From: Pseudovirgaria hyperparasitica
Lineage: Eukaryota
Assembly (NCBI GenBank): GCA_010093815.1
Contig: ML996578.1
Direction: 5' to 3' (one strand)
DNA length: 64,000 nucleotides
Part shown: one piece after another, positions 51,067 to 63,077 of the stretch
How positions within the stretch are numbered: position 1 is the stretch's first letter
Layout: every line of letters begins with the position of its first letter
Program-made: the position numbers and the translations under genes
The notes under the pieces: model-generated
The model's input: only the letters and a program-made list of their open reading frames with translations
What the model was told of the DNA's origin: nothing
Database searches by the model: none

Positions 51067-53133
51067 ATGTCGGAGTACATAGGGTTAGTGCAGCTACATA
51101 TTTACAAATTCTTGTGAGCTAATGGAAAATACCAGAGCTCGCATTACCCTCATCTCCAAAAGCGATATCCGGTGAGCGCAACTGCTGTACATTTGCGTAC
51201 GCAGCCACCTTAACAATCCATCAGCTATTCTGGTGTTCTTCATGAAATCAATTCGGAGAGCTCAACTGTCGCGCTCGAAAATGTCAAGTCCTTCGGTACC
51301 GAAGGTCGCCGTGGAAACGAGGACGAGATTCCACCTTCAGACAATGTCTACGAATACATTGTATTCCGTGGTAGCGATGTGAAGGACCTTAGGATTGACG
51401 AGGCTCCCAAAGAGACGAAACCTCCACCGCCTCAAGTCCCGAATGACCCTGCCATATTAAATGTAAGTCTACTTTCTTTCACTAATTTAGTGCACTATGA
51501 TGAAATATTTTCGGATGTAAACCATTATACTACCGAGAGCGCAAAACCATGTGGAAACTTCCGTTGCCTTCCTTCTGATCTTCGTCGCAAGCACACATTT
51601 CAAGTTGCTCCATACTGTTGAAATTAATGCTAACATGTCATCTCGCTATAGGCCGCTCGCCCATCTACCTCCCAACACAATCAGCAAAATCAGAGCCAGC
51701 GTCAGCAACCACCTCAGGATTTTGGGCCTGGATCTGGAGGACAATACCCGCCACAATGGGGCCAATACCCACCACCATATGGTGGCAGAGGGTTTGGTCC
51801 CCAAGGTGGATTTCCGGGTGGTCCTGCGGGAGTTCCAGGCCCCCCTGGCTTTAATGGGTACAATGGGTACCCGCAAATGCCTCCATATGGACCACCGCAT
51901 GGCTGGCCTGGTCCCCCTAGCCAAGGCTTTCGTGGCCAAGGCCTATTTCCGCCTAGTCCTATGCCTCCTAACAACCAGCAAGGCCCGCCAGATCAGCAAC
52001 CTCCGCAAGGTCCGAAGGGCACACAAGCTCTTGCTGGAGCATCCACGGAAAAGGACGACAAATCTAATGCTGCGGAGGTAGATGCTGCTCCCAAACAAAA
52101 GGATAGCCAGTCCACGGAGCGTTCAACCACCGCTCCTGATCCTGCAGCCCACAAAGCGCAAGCCCCTACTCCGCCCGTCGAATCGAAACCTGATGTGGCT
52201 GCTGCTCTCGCTGCCCCCAAAGTCAATGCTGGTGCTGCTACAAAGACTGCACCGACCGCTCTCAAAAAAGCCCCAGTGGGTCCAAAAAGCGCGCGTATCA
52301 TACCCGCCGTCCCATTGACAAGCCCCAATCCAAAAGCAGCGGCACAAATTGCTGTACAGGCTCCGAAAACCACAGTTCCGCCCACTCCGGCCCAAGGAAA
52401 ACCTGGAAACTCTCAGCAATTTCAAAACGCGACTCAAGCAGCTACCGCTGCTGTAGCTGCTGCAATGGCTAAATTACCAAAGCCAGGGCAGCCTAAGGCA
52501 GAAGCTGATACAGCAGCTATCGACAATCTTGCACGAAAGGTTGCAGATATGCGTGCTGATGACAAGATACGTCATTCGCGGCAACCGGGTACAGGTGGCT
52601 TTGTCACCGGACGAGGCCGTGGGCGAGGTCGGGGCGGCCACCAAAGCCAACCTGTTGCAAAGGTAGAAGTGCCGACAACAGATTTCGACTTTGAGACTTC
52701 CAATGCCAAATTCAACAAACTAGATCTTGTTAAAGAAGCAATCGCCGGTGGCTCTCCCATGGGTGAAAACATTCCTGGTAAAAATCTCGACGAACCAGAT
52801 CGAGGCCTCAATGAGCCAAGCAATGATTCTGACGTGGTGATACCTTCGGCTACAACTGCCACATATAACAAGTCTACTTCATTCTTCGATAATATATCCT
52901 CTGAACATCGCGATCGCGAAGAAGCCAAGGACCAAAGATTCGGCGGCTCAGAGTTCCGCAGTGAAGAACGAAAGAAAAACCTCGAGACTTTCGGCCAAGG
53001 CAGTGTTGATGGTTACCGTGGTGGCTATCGTGGACGTGGACGTGGTAGAGGGTATAGAGGTCGTGGTGCCCCAAGGGGACGAGGACGTGGATTCCCTCAA
53101 GGCGGTGCGTCAGCTGAAGCTGGAACCGCATGA
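51067..53133 (+). CDS. SCD6: Scd6/LSM14 translational repressor (Lsm, FDF, FFD/TFG, RGG; 4 exons)
   Basis: MSEYIG|SRITLISKSDIR|Y, FGTEGR, YEYIVFRGSDVKDL, DFDFETSNAKF, SFFDNISSE, NLETFG, RGRG tail. Confidence 0.95.
51492..51580 (+). ncRNA. snR52: Intronic box C/D snoRNA, snR52-like (predicted guide for 18S Am420, yeast numbering)
   Basis: C box ATGATGA 51497-51503; D box CTGA 51575-51578 preceded by GTTGCCTTCCTT, complementary to 18S AAGGAAGGCAGC; lies in the unusually long SCD6 intron 3 (51463-51651). Confidence 0.85.
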
Positions 53134-54571
53134 TCGGCGGAATATTTGCAACTGTAATATTGGAGGCAATATTGGTGGACAAGGGGGTTCAAATGATATA
53201 AGAGGAGTGATTACCGAAATGTTAGCGGAGTTCACATGACGACTACGGAGCAACGCTTATGGGGTTTGGCCAAATTCTGGAGTTTTTACGAGTACCACAC
53301 GCCGCACTGCACGAAACAGCGTTAGCGATCATACACACATGCGCCCGCCGGTCAAAAAGTCGCATTTGAAGGGCATCTTTATTAGACGTCGTTTCGCCGA
53401 GGCCGGGATTCGAGATTGGGTCTCCCAATACCCTATTCCTTGATTTTGTACACATAGCTTCACATATTCAATGCCGTCGCTGGCATTCCCAACACCTAAA
53501 ATCTAAACAATCGTCAAGTTTACGAAAATACGGTTATTAATGTGTGCTTATTTGATATGTGTAACATCTACCACCCAATCTAGAAACATCCTATTTCCCA
53601 CCCTGGCAATCCCGCCCACCAGGCATATATATTAACATCAATTCAGAACTTGGTGGTTGGTACACCCTGGGTGGAGTGGGCATCAAACCACTAACACTCC
53701 TCGTTCGTGTAGATTAATAACTGAATAAGCAATATACGCCACGGATCGGACCTTTACCTAGATCGACGGCTGTCAGTTTGCTAGCGTCTTGGGGGACATG
53801 CACATCACTGCTGCAACTTACACGCTGACGCAGACGCTGACGCAAGTTTTGGCAGAGCGCGGGGTATTTCAAAGCTCCATGGATCAGGGTACACGAAATA
53901 GTACATCTCGGAGACTTGAATGGTGGAACAGGTAATGACTTCAAGAATACGTGTTTTGCGGTACTTGTGCATCTAGCGGTGTCAATAGACGTGTTTGTTA
54001 CGTTTTGGTGGGGTCTAGAGTGGGGTAGACGTCAAACATCCTCTGATGAGCGATCCAGGGCTTCATATGATACGGTTAGGATCATTATAGGGCTGATGGT
54101 ATTTCAAGACGTTTCAATCAAGTGGACACAAATTTCACAAATTTAATATATCGTATTGTTGCTATCGGGAGTCGCCAAGGCGAGTCTGTTACGATAAGAG
54201 AGCTCGAGGAAAGCCAAGCAGTAGGTAAAGCCACAATGCTTCTCGTGCCGCATCCGCATGCCTGCCCATTTACACGCCGTATGAGGAACACAGAACCTTT
54301 GGTAGCATCAACGCCATCGTTAGCGTTCCGAACTACATCGCATCTCGAAACCTAGCATTACTGTCTTGGTAAAGTGTCACCGGTCGTCGTGTGAACCCAT
54401 GCAAGGCATCATTTCATAAGGAAACTGGCAGAATTCTGCCTATCCAATCGCTGACCGAAGACGCTGGGCGATATGAGCTGACAATACCGTTTGCTGAGGT
54501 TCGCGTGTTCGAATTGACCGAGCGTGGTATGTCCGCCGTTCAATCATCGTCAGAGATATCCTTTCTTGGGC

Positions 54572-55266
54572 TCAATTGCTTGGGCATTGTGCCTGGACGT
54601 GACCAGGCTGTTTGCATCGGTAACAAACGCGCTCATTCGAGGTCTCGGTCGGGCAGTCTCGACTCAAGTGTCCAACCTCACCACCTATTCGTATTAGACA
54701 TGAACGGCCACAGGAAACAGATCTTACAGTTGTAGCATTTTTGGCCTTGGGTGCAATCCCTCGACATGTGCCCATAGCCGCCACACGAGTAGCACGTGGT
54801 CTGGCGCTGCTGGCCGCCTCCATAACCACCGGCACTACCTCCGTAGCCACCACCATAACCACCGCTGTAGGAACCTCCCTCAGTGCAATTTCTCGCGATA
54901 TGGCCAACAGTGCCACACTTATAGCACTCTTGACCGCCGCTGCCGCCGCCGCCTCGGGGTGGTGGTGGAGCACCTTCACTGCTGGGACATTCGCGTAACT
55001 GATGACCAGCTTGACCGCAACGATAGCAGGTCCGTTCCTGTTGAGGACCCGAGCATTCCCTCGAAACGTGACCTTTGAGTCCGCAATTATAACACGTTGG
55101 GTTTCCCTTGGTCGGACAGTCGCGAGCTTGATGGGTGGTATCTCCACCTGCAGACGATATGTTAATTGTGTTTCGTGAAAAGGTATAGAGTCATGGAAGA
55201 TTGAAACTCACAGTTGTAACATCCTCGGCTGCCCGGGGCACCACCAGAAGCAGGTTGATAATCCAT
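54572..55266 (-). CDS. GIS2: CNBP/Gis2/Byr3 CCHC zinc-knuckle RNA-binding protein (3 exons)
   Basis: ATG 55266 [15 protein letters not shown]; repeated CX2CX4HX4C knuckles ending [17 protein letters not shown]. Confidence 0.92.
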
Positions 55267-55935
55267 TTTGAATATGGAATTGGGAAGTGCGAGGTGTGTG
55301 CGTGTGTGCGACTAAGAGAAACTTAGCGGGAACTGTCAAAATTGTCAGACGGTATGTTCCGCCTACAGTGCGAGCTGAGAGACTTTAATACCTTGAACTT
55401 GCGGCCGTGCGGATTGGTAAAAGTGGCTAAGCGACGAAAGTATATGTCGTCGGTGAGAGATGTAGAGGGAGAAAAGCAAGTAGTGGCAAGCCAGAGAGAT
55501 GCAGGACGAGATTCAGGATCAGGTGCCAGGTTTTCCTACGCGAGAAGTCGCGCACTAGTTCACTTTTGTGCACGGCCAAATCTGGTTAGACGGTGTTCGG
55601 CGTTCCAGTGGGTCCATAGTTCCACCTTTACGACAGGCCCGCTTCTACCTCTGAACTGTTGCTGCATCCGCGTAAATTGCCGGAATCCTGGTGGCCAATT
55701 GTTATCCTGGCCAGGTGCAGGAACTGAGTCGCGCATTGTTGTGTTCGTTAGTCTTGTGTGCTGTCGGCGTCCAGATCCGCTTCGCATTCCGACCACAATC
55801 GAATTTGCAAAAAACAGTGGACAATGGCTGCAGCCTCTCCAGCGAGACCCATGTACCGGTACCCAGGGCCATGTGGTGCTTATGCCAGACGGGTTGGATC
55901 AGTATATACTCACTTTCAAGAGACAACCAGTAGCA

Positions 55936-57643
55936 CTAGGTAAAGTCATACACAACCAGGGCTTGCGCGCCTTCAGCCAGCTCTTTAAGCACTACCACGT
56001 TTTCATCGTCGAATCCCACCCAACCTCGCGTCACTGACGAATCTTCAACCCTATCAGCCCATGACAGCCCCAGGCCAAAGCCGCGGTCAGACTCTGTACT
56101 TTCGAGTGAATTCTGGTTGGTTTGAACAAGATCACGATCCGTCTTAACACGGATACTCAACTCGCCATTCAATAGACGTTTGCGATTACCGAGCGAAGAC
56201 ACGCCTCCCTCAAGCTCCCAAACTCGCATTTCGCCTCCTCGACAGCTGACAGACACAGCTCGGCCGCGGCCACCAACGTGGGCTCCAGATACAGATGACG
56301 TATGGCCCCAAAGGCGACTGCCAGGGCTAATAGCGAGCTTTTCTAGAGATGACGTAACCAGATAAAGAGTAAGAGTGTTGTCAGGATGAGCCACCAGAAG
56401 ATACGGATGTGTATACGAAAGCGAAGTCGGCGTCGAGAAGCTACCAAAATCCCGAGCGTTCGTGCCGTTCGGGCTAGTACTCGATTCTCCAACGGCCTGC
56501 GGGTGTGCATGTAAAGGCTGAAAGACACCGTGGTCGGCTGTGGCCAGCCGTGACTCGACAATGTCTCCATCTAGCGAGAGACGCACCTCTTGGATACCGA
56601 CTGAGTATCCTGAGAAGTAGGTAGGCAAGGTATAGGCAATAGAAGCCACAACAGCGTGATGTGTAATCTTCATCGATAGTGACAGGGGCTTGGAGGTGGT
56701 ATGAGATTTCAATGAACTTAGAAGTCTTGGGGGCGCAAGTTGCGAGTATTCTCGAGAGGATCCCAGCACCTCGGCAAATTTGTATATAGACAACTGACGC
56801 GTTTCTGACATAGTGGTTAGGTATGGCCAGCGTAGTGTCATAGCCGAGAGGCGGCCGATGGACGACCTCGCATGCTCATACATCCGGGCAAAGCGTCTAA
56901 CGTCTGGTTGGAAGCTGTAGATACAAAATCTGCCGTCATGAAATCCTATACTGATGCGTATGTCTTGATTAGCAAACTGGGGGTCATTAGACTCATCGAC
57001 CGCCATCGACGTAGGTAGATCATCCTTGGTGTGAGGTTCAATTACAGATGTAGCAAGCAGTTCACGTCTCTCTTTGGAGGACCAGGCGCGAAGTCCGTCT
57101 GACGAGTCGAGAGTGAAGACTATTCCGTTGTGGTATCGTAGTAGAAGAGGCGGCGCCGGTGGCAAGTCTGATATAGAGATCTCGCTTACAGCACAGCTGC
57201 CTCGCGTCCAGTTATGTCTCAACTTGTATTGTTTCATCCAGTCGAGAGTCTCCCCCCGACGTACTAGGTACTCCTCGTCCAACCATTTTGAACTCTTGGA
57301 AGAGAACAGTAGGTGCTTAGCCGAATCGCTGATGCCTGGTAGCCGCAATGCACGGGGACGAACGAAACGGTTGTAGTATGCGGCTTTCCAGAGTTGCGAG
57401 TCCGTAGCGACTGCCTTAAGTCGGGTGGATACTCTAGATTACTATCAGTCATATTCAGCTGAGAGAAATGTTCTCCTCTAACCTCCGGCAAAGAACGAGA
57501 GTGCCGGTAGAAAGGAATGAAAGGATCCTCAAGAGCAGTTCATCACTGAGGTCGGACAACCGATCTAACCTTGCGCCAGCCAGGCGACGCCGTTTCGAGG
57601 GCTGCTCCAGATCTTGAGTGCCATGGTGAGAGCGCTTTGGCAT
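55936..57643 (-). CDS. F-box protein with WD40-like C-terminal region (one intron near 57440-57483)
   Basis: LSDLSDELLLRILSFL F-box; DSQLWKAAYY; LWGHTSSVSG...VWEL WD-like repeat. Confidence 0.85.
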
Positions 57644-57812
57644 GGACAGTATATTCGTGTGGCTAAGGGAAAATTTAGTGGCCCACGGAGGAAGAGGTTG
57701 GATTGCCCACACTTCATTGAGCACCTTCGTGGATCCTGCAGTAGGTGCTCAAATAGACTTCCACGTGATACAGAATTAGCGGGCCACATGATTTCGTGAC
57801 AACCCCACCTTA

Positions 57813-57834
57813 ACGCGTCCTACGCCTCACGCGT
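57813..57834. promoter_or_regulatory. Two MCB elements (ACGCGT) in the divergent F-box/SAE2 promoter
   Basis: ACGCGT at 57813 and 57829. Confidence 0.55.
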
Positions 57835-57912
57835 TTAGTGCCGCCACCTTCGCGACATTTCAGATTTAAAGCGGCATGCAAGCTTTTGAGCTTTGTCTGT
57901 TGTGCAGCAGTC

Positions 57913-60189
57913 ATGGAAAATGATGTCTGGTGGCTTGAGGAGCAATGCGATCTCCTCAGCTCAGCAATTAACCAGCACGTTGTCGACTTTCATCAAACCA
58001 TCAAGCGTAAATTGTCGAAGCTGCCCAGCAACGAAGCCCATGAACATGCGCAAGTCGTCAATACCCTCGAAAACAAGGTATCTACGTTGACAGCGGAAAA
58101 TGAGGCTCTCAAGCAGAAGATCGCTGCCCTCAGCAGTACCTCGGCTGTACGAACATCTACAGGGACACCCGCCAGAACGGACACACCAGAAGAGGCTACG
58201 CCAGGCACAAGGTTCGAGAACCTCTATGTTCCATACTCGGACTGGCAGCATCTATCACAAAAGTACAACGAACATAGGAACAAATACAATGATATACTGA
58301 AGTCATCTGAAATGTCTCGCCAGAACCGCGAAAAGGCCAAGGAAAGCATTCGAGATTGGCAAACGTGGATTATGAAGAAGGATCTCGCGTTGAAGAAGCG
58401 CGAACAAAGAATAAGAGAGAAGGAACTAGCTCTCAGCATAAAAACTGAGGCATTGCCTAATGAGTATCGACCGCAAGCCAGTACCCATTTGCAGTCTTCA
58501 CTGACCCCGTCAGCCTCCAGGGGGGGTGGTATTATCAGGGGCAATCTATTCCAAACTTCAAAACCGATGCCGCTCGAAGACTTGCAAGGCTCTACTCGCC
58601 GAGGCGAAAGGTACTTGGCTATCGATCAATTGGGGTCTAGTCAGACGACAACGACTCAAGACGAGAACATAGAGGAACCACTCCCGGCACAAGACTTACT
58701 TGTGGGTGATAGGGACCACGACATTCCCGAATTCGTCTTTGAGAGACCCGTGAAGCGGAAGAGAAGCACTCCAAGAAAGACTAGGAGGTCCTTAGCTCAA
58801 CCATCGCCTATTCGTATCAAAGACGAGCCTAGTAGTCCCCCCAGCATCGTGGCCGCTCAACAGACCTTGACCCGCATGGACACCCTCGATCTGGATGAAG
58901 CAGTACAGGATATCAGTACCCCCCGAAAGAGACGACGACTGGAGTTACTGCGGATCTCTCAGCTGCCATCCTTCCGAGCTACAGCGATGAACAATCTTCG
59001 TCAACAACGTTCTAACAGTCTCCCGAGAGACGTGATTACTGAGCCGCAAAAAACGGAGGCTCGGGGGGAGGGTAGCTCCTCGCCTGAGAATTCCTCTATC
59101 AAGGCCGAGGATAGATCGAATAGTGAGCCTAGGTCCATGGGAGGCACCCGGCGGCTCCCATTCTCTACCCAGCATAGCCCTCGGAACTTTCGTGGCCCTT
59201 TAAGTGAAGTCAGTCCGAATATAGAGCATGGTCGACCAACACGCAAAAACTCGGGTATTCAAGAAGGTATTCAAGACCAGAGCGGCTACCACGTGCACAT
59301 TCTGTGTGAAGATGGCGAAGAGCGATTTCGACCACAGACTAAGGGGTCGTGGGCAGAAGAGGAGCCATCTGCAAGAGGCGACTGCGAAGCTCAAAAACGT
59401 CTCGATGCATTGCTTGCAAGCCAGAAGCCGGATCATCTGAAGTCACCTACGATTTCAAGGCCAGCATCAACAGCAAAGCCACGCTCTCGTATACGGCTGA
59501 TTAATCATAATAACACAGCGCAGCCATCCACGAAAACAGAAACACCAGCCTCTCCTCAGCCTGTCACTCCTTTGACTACCAGGCGATACAAAGGTGAACA
59601 GACTTCGACGACAACTCATTCTGCTAAGCGCCCACTGCGCTCTCGGCCACTTTCTGAACTTTCTGCATCCGATTTCAGGCTGAACCCAAAGACAAATGAA
59701 GGACTTGACTTTGCTTTTTCCGACACAGTGCGCGATAGTGAATCCCGTCGCTGTCTCCCAGGATGTACAAAGCCGAGCTGCTGTGGAAAGGCATTCAGAG
59801 CGCTCGTTGAAGCAGGAGTGCAGCCCAAGCTCCCACGAAGCCTTTTCGAGGCTTCTCAAGATGCTTCCAAGAGTTCCCAGGAGGAGGAAGAGCGCCTGTT
59901 GCGTCACTACCTCGGAGATGCGTACCGACACGACATGACAATGGACTATCGCGCAGAGATGCTGCTCAGCGCACGGGCACAGCTGCTGGCGAATCAGCAT
60001 GGAAAGCATCGACAACAACACGAGAGACGATCGAGCCCGCCTGGGTACTGGGATACGGACTTCCCTTCCACTCAAGAGCTTGACAGGAGAGGAGAAGAGG
60101 CACGTAAGAGAGATCAGGCGATAGTTGAAGAGAGATGGAGGGAGGCTATGAGGGAAGGGGGTAGGTGGGTATTCAAGGACGAAAAATGA
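57913..60189 (+). CDS. SAE2: DNA end-resection factor Sae2/Ctp1/CtIP
   Basis: N-terminal coiled coil; C-terminal VR....RRCLPGC...CC, GKHR, SPPGYWDTDFPSTQE signature. Confidence 0.9.
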   Translation: MENDVWWLEEQCDLLSSAINQHVVDFHQTIKRKLSKLPSNEAHEHAQVVNTLENKVSTLTAENEALKQKIAALSSTSAVRTSTGTPARTDTPEEATPGTRFENLYVPYSDWQHLSQKYNEHRNKYNDILKSSEMSRQNREKAKESIRDWQTWIMKKDLALKKREQRIREKELALSIKTEALPNEYRPQASTHLQSSLTPSASRGGGIIRGNLFQTSKPMPLEDLQGSTRRGERYLAIDQLGSSQTTTTQDENIEEPLPAQDLLVGDRDHDIPEFVFERPVKRKRSTPRKTRRSLAQPSPIRIKDEPSSPPSIVAAQQTLTRMDTLDLDEAVQDISTPRKRRRLELLRISQLPSFRATAMNNLRQQRSNSLPRDVITEPQKTEARGEGSSSPENSSIKAEDRSNSEPRSMGGTRRLPFSTQHSPRNFRGPLSEVSPNIEHGRPTRKNSGIQEGIQDQSGYHVHILCEDGEERFRPQTKGSWAEEEPSARGDCEAQKRLDALLASQKPDHLKSPTISRPASTAKPRSRIRLINHNNTAQPSTKTETPASPQPVTPLTTRRYKGEQTSTTTHSAKRPLRSRPLSELSASDFRLNPKTNEGLDFAFSDTVRDSESRRCLPGCTKPSCCGKAFRALVEAGVQPKLPRSLFEASQDASKSSQEEEERLLRHYLGDAYRHDMTMDYRAEMLLSARAQLLANQHGKHRQQHERRSSPPGYWDTDFPSTQELDRRGEEARKRDQAIVEERWREAMREGGRWVFKDEK

Positions 60190-60629
60190 AGAAATTGGAA
60201 GAATCCTTCTCTGGATAAACCAGCAAGCTTCATGATGCTGGAGTTGTCAGATGTTGCTCCACGGCGTACAGATAAGCTTTGGGGCATGAACACGGCCCTT
60301 GCGCTGGACTGCAGGTACGATTATTGCGGTCGATTGGCGTTCTTGGTATCATGACGCAGCTGTAACGATGGGCCAAGAGCGTCCAGAACCAAGTGACTTG
60401 TCGAACATACTACGAATACTGTAACCTTTTACAGACTTACATTAGATCACCAGTGCCATCAAAGTGACCACGAATATGCAATTTGAGCTTACATGGCTTG
60501 GTTTGGCACCTTATCACAATTAGGATCCTACGCATTTATCTCAATATATATAAGGATCTCCGGTAGTTTGGCGTATATTATGGTAACTGGAATCAACCTT
60601 GTACAAGTAACAGGGGTTTCCCTGATGGC

Positions 60630-60768
60630 TTACATAACCCACTTATTAAGTGAGAAGTCTGTCTCTAATCACTGTAGGTGAAGAATTGAACATAGTACTG
60701 ACAGTTTACATAACCCACTTATCGAATGAAAAGCCTGTCTCTGATAGCAGATGAGGATTGAACATAGT
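60630..60768 (+). repeat. Diverged tandem duplication, ~76-bp period
   Basis: TTACATAACCCACTTAT...TGTCTCT...TTGAACATAGT occurs at 60630-60696 and 60706-60768. Confidence 0.85.
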
Positions 60769-61119
60769 CACCAAAACTTCTACCGACGACGGTTCCTGGA
60801 CCGGTGATGTGGTGACATACCTCTAGTCGGCCTTAGCGTCACTTACAGACCTCCCTAATTCGATCAAGGGAAACAAGATCAGAGGAAACTGGTGCAAATG
60901 ACCAGACTCCTACGAGTGGCAGAGCTCCACTTTATGGCGAATTGCAACACATGTTCATGGAAGAATAGGGGAAGGTGACGCTATGTCGGCCCTACTGTCG
61001 GGCGCGAGCGACTCAGCATAGATACCGTCCTGTTCGTGGGGAATATAAAGTCAATTGTGTGCCCTGGTTGTGCCTCTATGTCGGCGTCCTCTTTCTCAAA
61101 ACTCCTCGAGACACTCAGC

Positions 61120-62868
61120 ATGGCGATACTCGTGAAGAGAGCTGCTGTCGCGGCCATGCTGGGCGTCACGTTGTTCGGTACTGGAAGCAATGCGCTCGGA
61201 GGCATAAATCCGAACATGTTTCGGTATCTGGCCGACTACGATCTTAATCCGGACGGTTCGCCCTTGGATCAAGAGACCGCAGAGGTCAAGTCTATGGGCA
61301 TCGCTGCTGCTGACAACAAAACCATTACTCCCGAGTACGTCGAGCTCCCACTGAACCATTTTGGTACCAACGCTGGTACCTTCAAGAACCGCTTCTGGGT
61401 CACTGAGTCGGGTTATAAGCCGGGTGCCGCTAGACCGGTCTTCGTCTACGATTTTGGTGAGGGAGACGCTGAGCCTGCCGTGCTCGAATATTTGCAGAAT
61501 TCGACCCACTTTTTCAATCAGATGGTGGAAGCCTACGGTGGTATTGGAATCTTATGGGAGCACAGGTTCTATGGAAACTCGACACCGGTTGAGATCAATC
61601 TCGACACTCCCCCTGAAGGTGAGTTATGCCGGTCATTTCGGGCTTTACAAGACGTTCTGACCGAATCATTAGCTTTCAAGTTTCTAACCACGGAACAAGC
61701 ACTTGCCGATGTGAAAGCGTTTGCTGATCAATTCTCGCGGAAGAACTATCCCAATGTCGACTTTACGCCCAATGGCGCTCCATGGGTCTTTATCGGAGGA
61801 AGCTATGCAGGCATGAGGGCTGCGTTTATGAGAAAGCTATACCCGGAAACGATCGTAGCGTCATACGCGTCTTCGGCTCCTGTCCAGGCCTCAGTCGACA
61901 TGTCATTCTTCTACGACACGATCTATCATGGCATGAATGCGTACGGGTACAGCAACTGTACTGCCGACATCCATGCAGCTATCATGTACATGGACAAGGA
62001 AATGGAAGACGAAGAGAAGGCTGCCGCGCTGAAGCAGAAGTTCCTCGGTCGTGGCGCCGAGAAGAATCCCAATCCCTCGTTTGGAGAGGCACTAACGATA
62101 CCAACCGCCTTCTGGCATCTGCGTGGTATGGATAAGGGCCTTCACTCTTTGTGTACGCACATTAGCACCGATCCAGCAACGAACAAGACCGCTCCGGCAG
62201 AAGGGTGGGCGGCGTCCAAGGGCCCTGAGTTCACCGTCGACCGATGGGCTTCCTGGCCAATCTTCGTCAGGATGGTCAACGACCTTATGACCAGCAACTG
62301 TGAAGGACCAGTGCCCAAGAAGTCTGGAACTCCAGACTGCAACCTTAATCATCGCTTCAGTAACCCTGTGAATATAAGTTGGATATACCAATACTGTACT
62401 CAGTGGGGTTTTCTCCAATCTGCCAATCTCGGAGAGAGGCAGATTGTATCAAAGTGGAACAGTCTGCAGCACCAGATGGACATATGCCACCGTCAATTTC
62501 CCTCCGGAATACCAAAGGAGCCCGAGACGGACAAGACCAATCAATTCTTTGGCGGCTGGAAAATGAGACCCTCGAACGTGTACTGGTCCGGCGGTCAGTA
62601 TGACCCCTGGGGGACGCTCTCGCCACTCAGTACTGAGGACTTTGCGCCACACCTTGAAGTCACGCAGAATATCCCGGAGTGCAATGTGGCGACGAGTGAG
62701 GACACGCTGTTTGGGTATACTTTGGCGAATGCTCAGCATTGCTATGACTTTAAGACGACGCCCCTAGCAGCGACGAGTCGGGGATACTTTACTTCGGCGT
62801 TGGATAAGTGGCTGAAGTGCTGGGAGCCAAAGAAGCCTGGATATCCAAGATATGAGGGAAAGCCGTAG
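61120..62868 (+). CDS. Secreted S28 family serine peptidase (intron 61619-61672)
   Basis: Signal peptide; LPLNHF, WEHRFYGNS, LTTEQALAD, GGSYAG nucleophile, G.YDPW, HCYD. Confidence 0.93.
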   Translation: MAILVKRAAVAAMLGVTLFGTGSNALGGINPNMFRYLADYDLNPDGSPLDQETAEVKSMGIAAADNKTITPEYVELPLNHFGTNAGTFKNRFWVTESGYKPGAARPVFVYDFGEGDAEPAVLEYLQNSTHFFNQMVEAYGGIGILWEHRFYGNSTPVEINLDTPPEGELCRSFRALQDVLTESLAFKFLTTEQALADVKAFADQFSRKNYPNVDFTPNGAPWVFIGGSYAGMRAAFMRKLYPETIVASYASSAPVQASVDMSFFYDTIYHGMNAYGYSNCTADIHAAIMYMDKEMEDEEKAAALKQKFLGRGAEKNPNPSFGEALTIPTAFWHLRGMDKGLHSLCTHISTDPATNKTAPAEGWAASKGPEFTVDRWASWPIFVRMVNDLMTSNCEGPVPKKSGTPDCNLNHRFSNPVNISWIYQYCTQWGFLQSANLGERQIVSKWNSLQHQMDICHRQFPSGIPKEPETDKTNQFFGGWKMRPSNVYWSGGQYDPWGTLSPLSTEDFAPHLEVTQNIPECNVATSEDTLFGYTLANAQHCYDFKTTPLAATSRGYFTSALDKWLKCWEPKKPGYPRYEGKP

Positions 62869-63077
62869 GTGCTTCACGTATATATATTTATAACTACAAA
62901 TATGAGATTGTGACAGGGGTTAGACATATTCGGCAGTCTCAGACGTGAGATGTTTGTTGTACACTGGCAGAATAACGATTGTTTACAACGATATCTCCAA
63001 TTTGTGGTAAGGCTCACATCGGCAGCCGTGTTACGTCGGCTACAAGATCACAATGTACTAGAAAGTTTGCTCCAGTA

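Noticed and set aside
51563..51578. U14 identity for the snoRNA
   Set aside because: The D box follows CCTTCCTT directly (targets A420, not C414) and U14 domain A is absent
55342..56037. 231-aa + strand ORF
   Set aside because: Non-ATG start; spans the GIS2 promoter and antisense F-box end; no motifs
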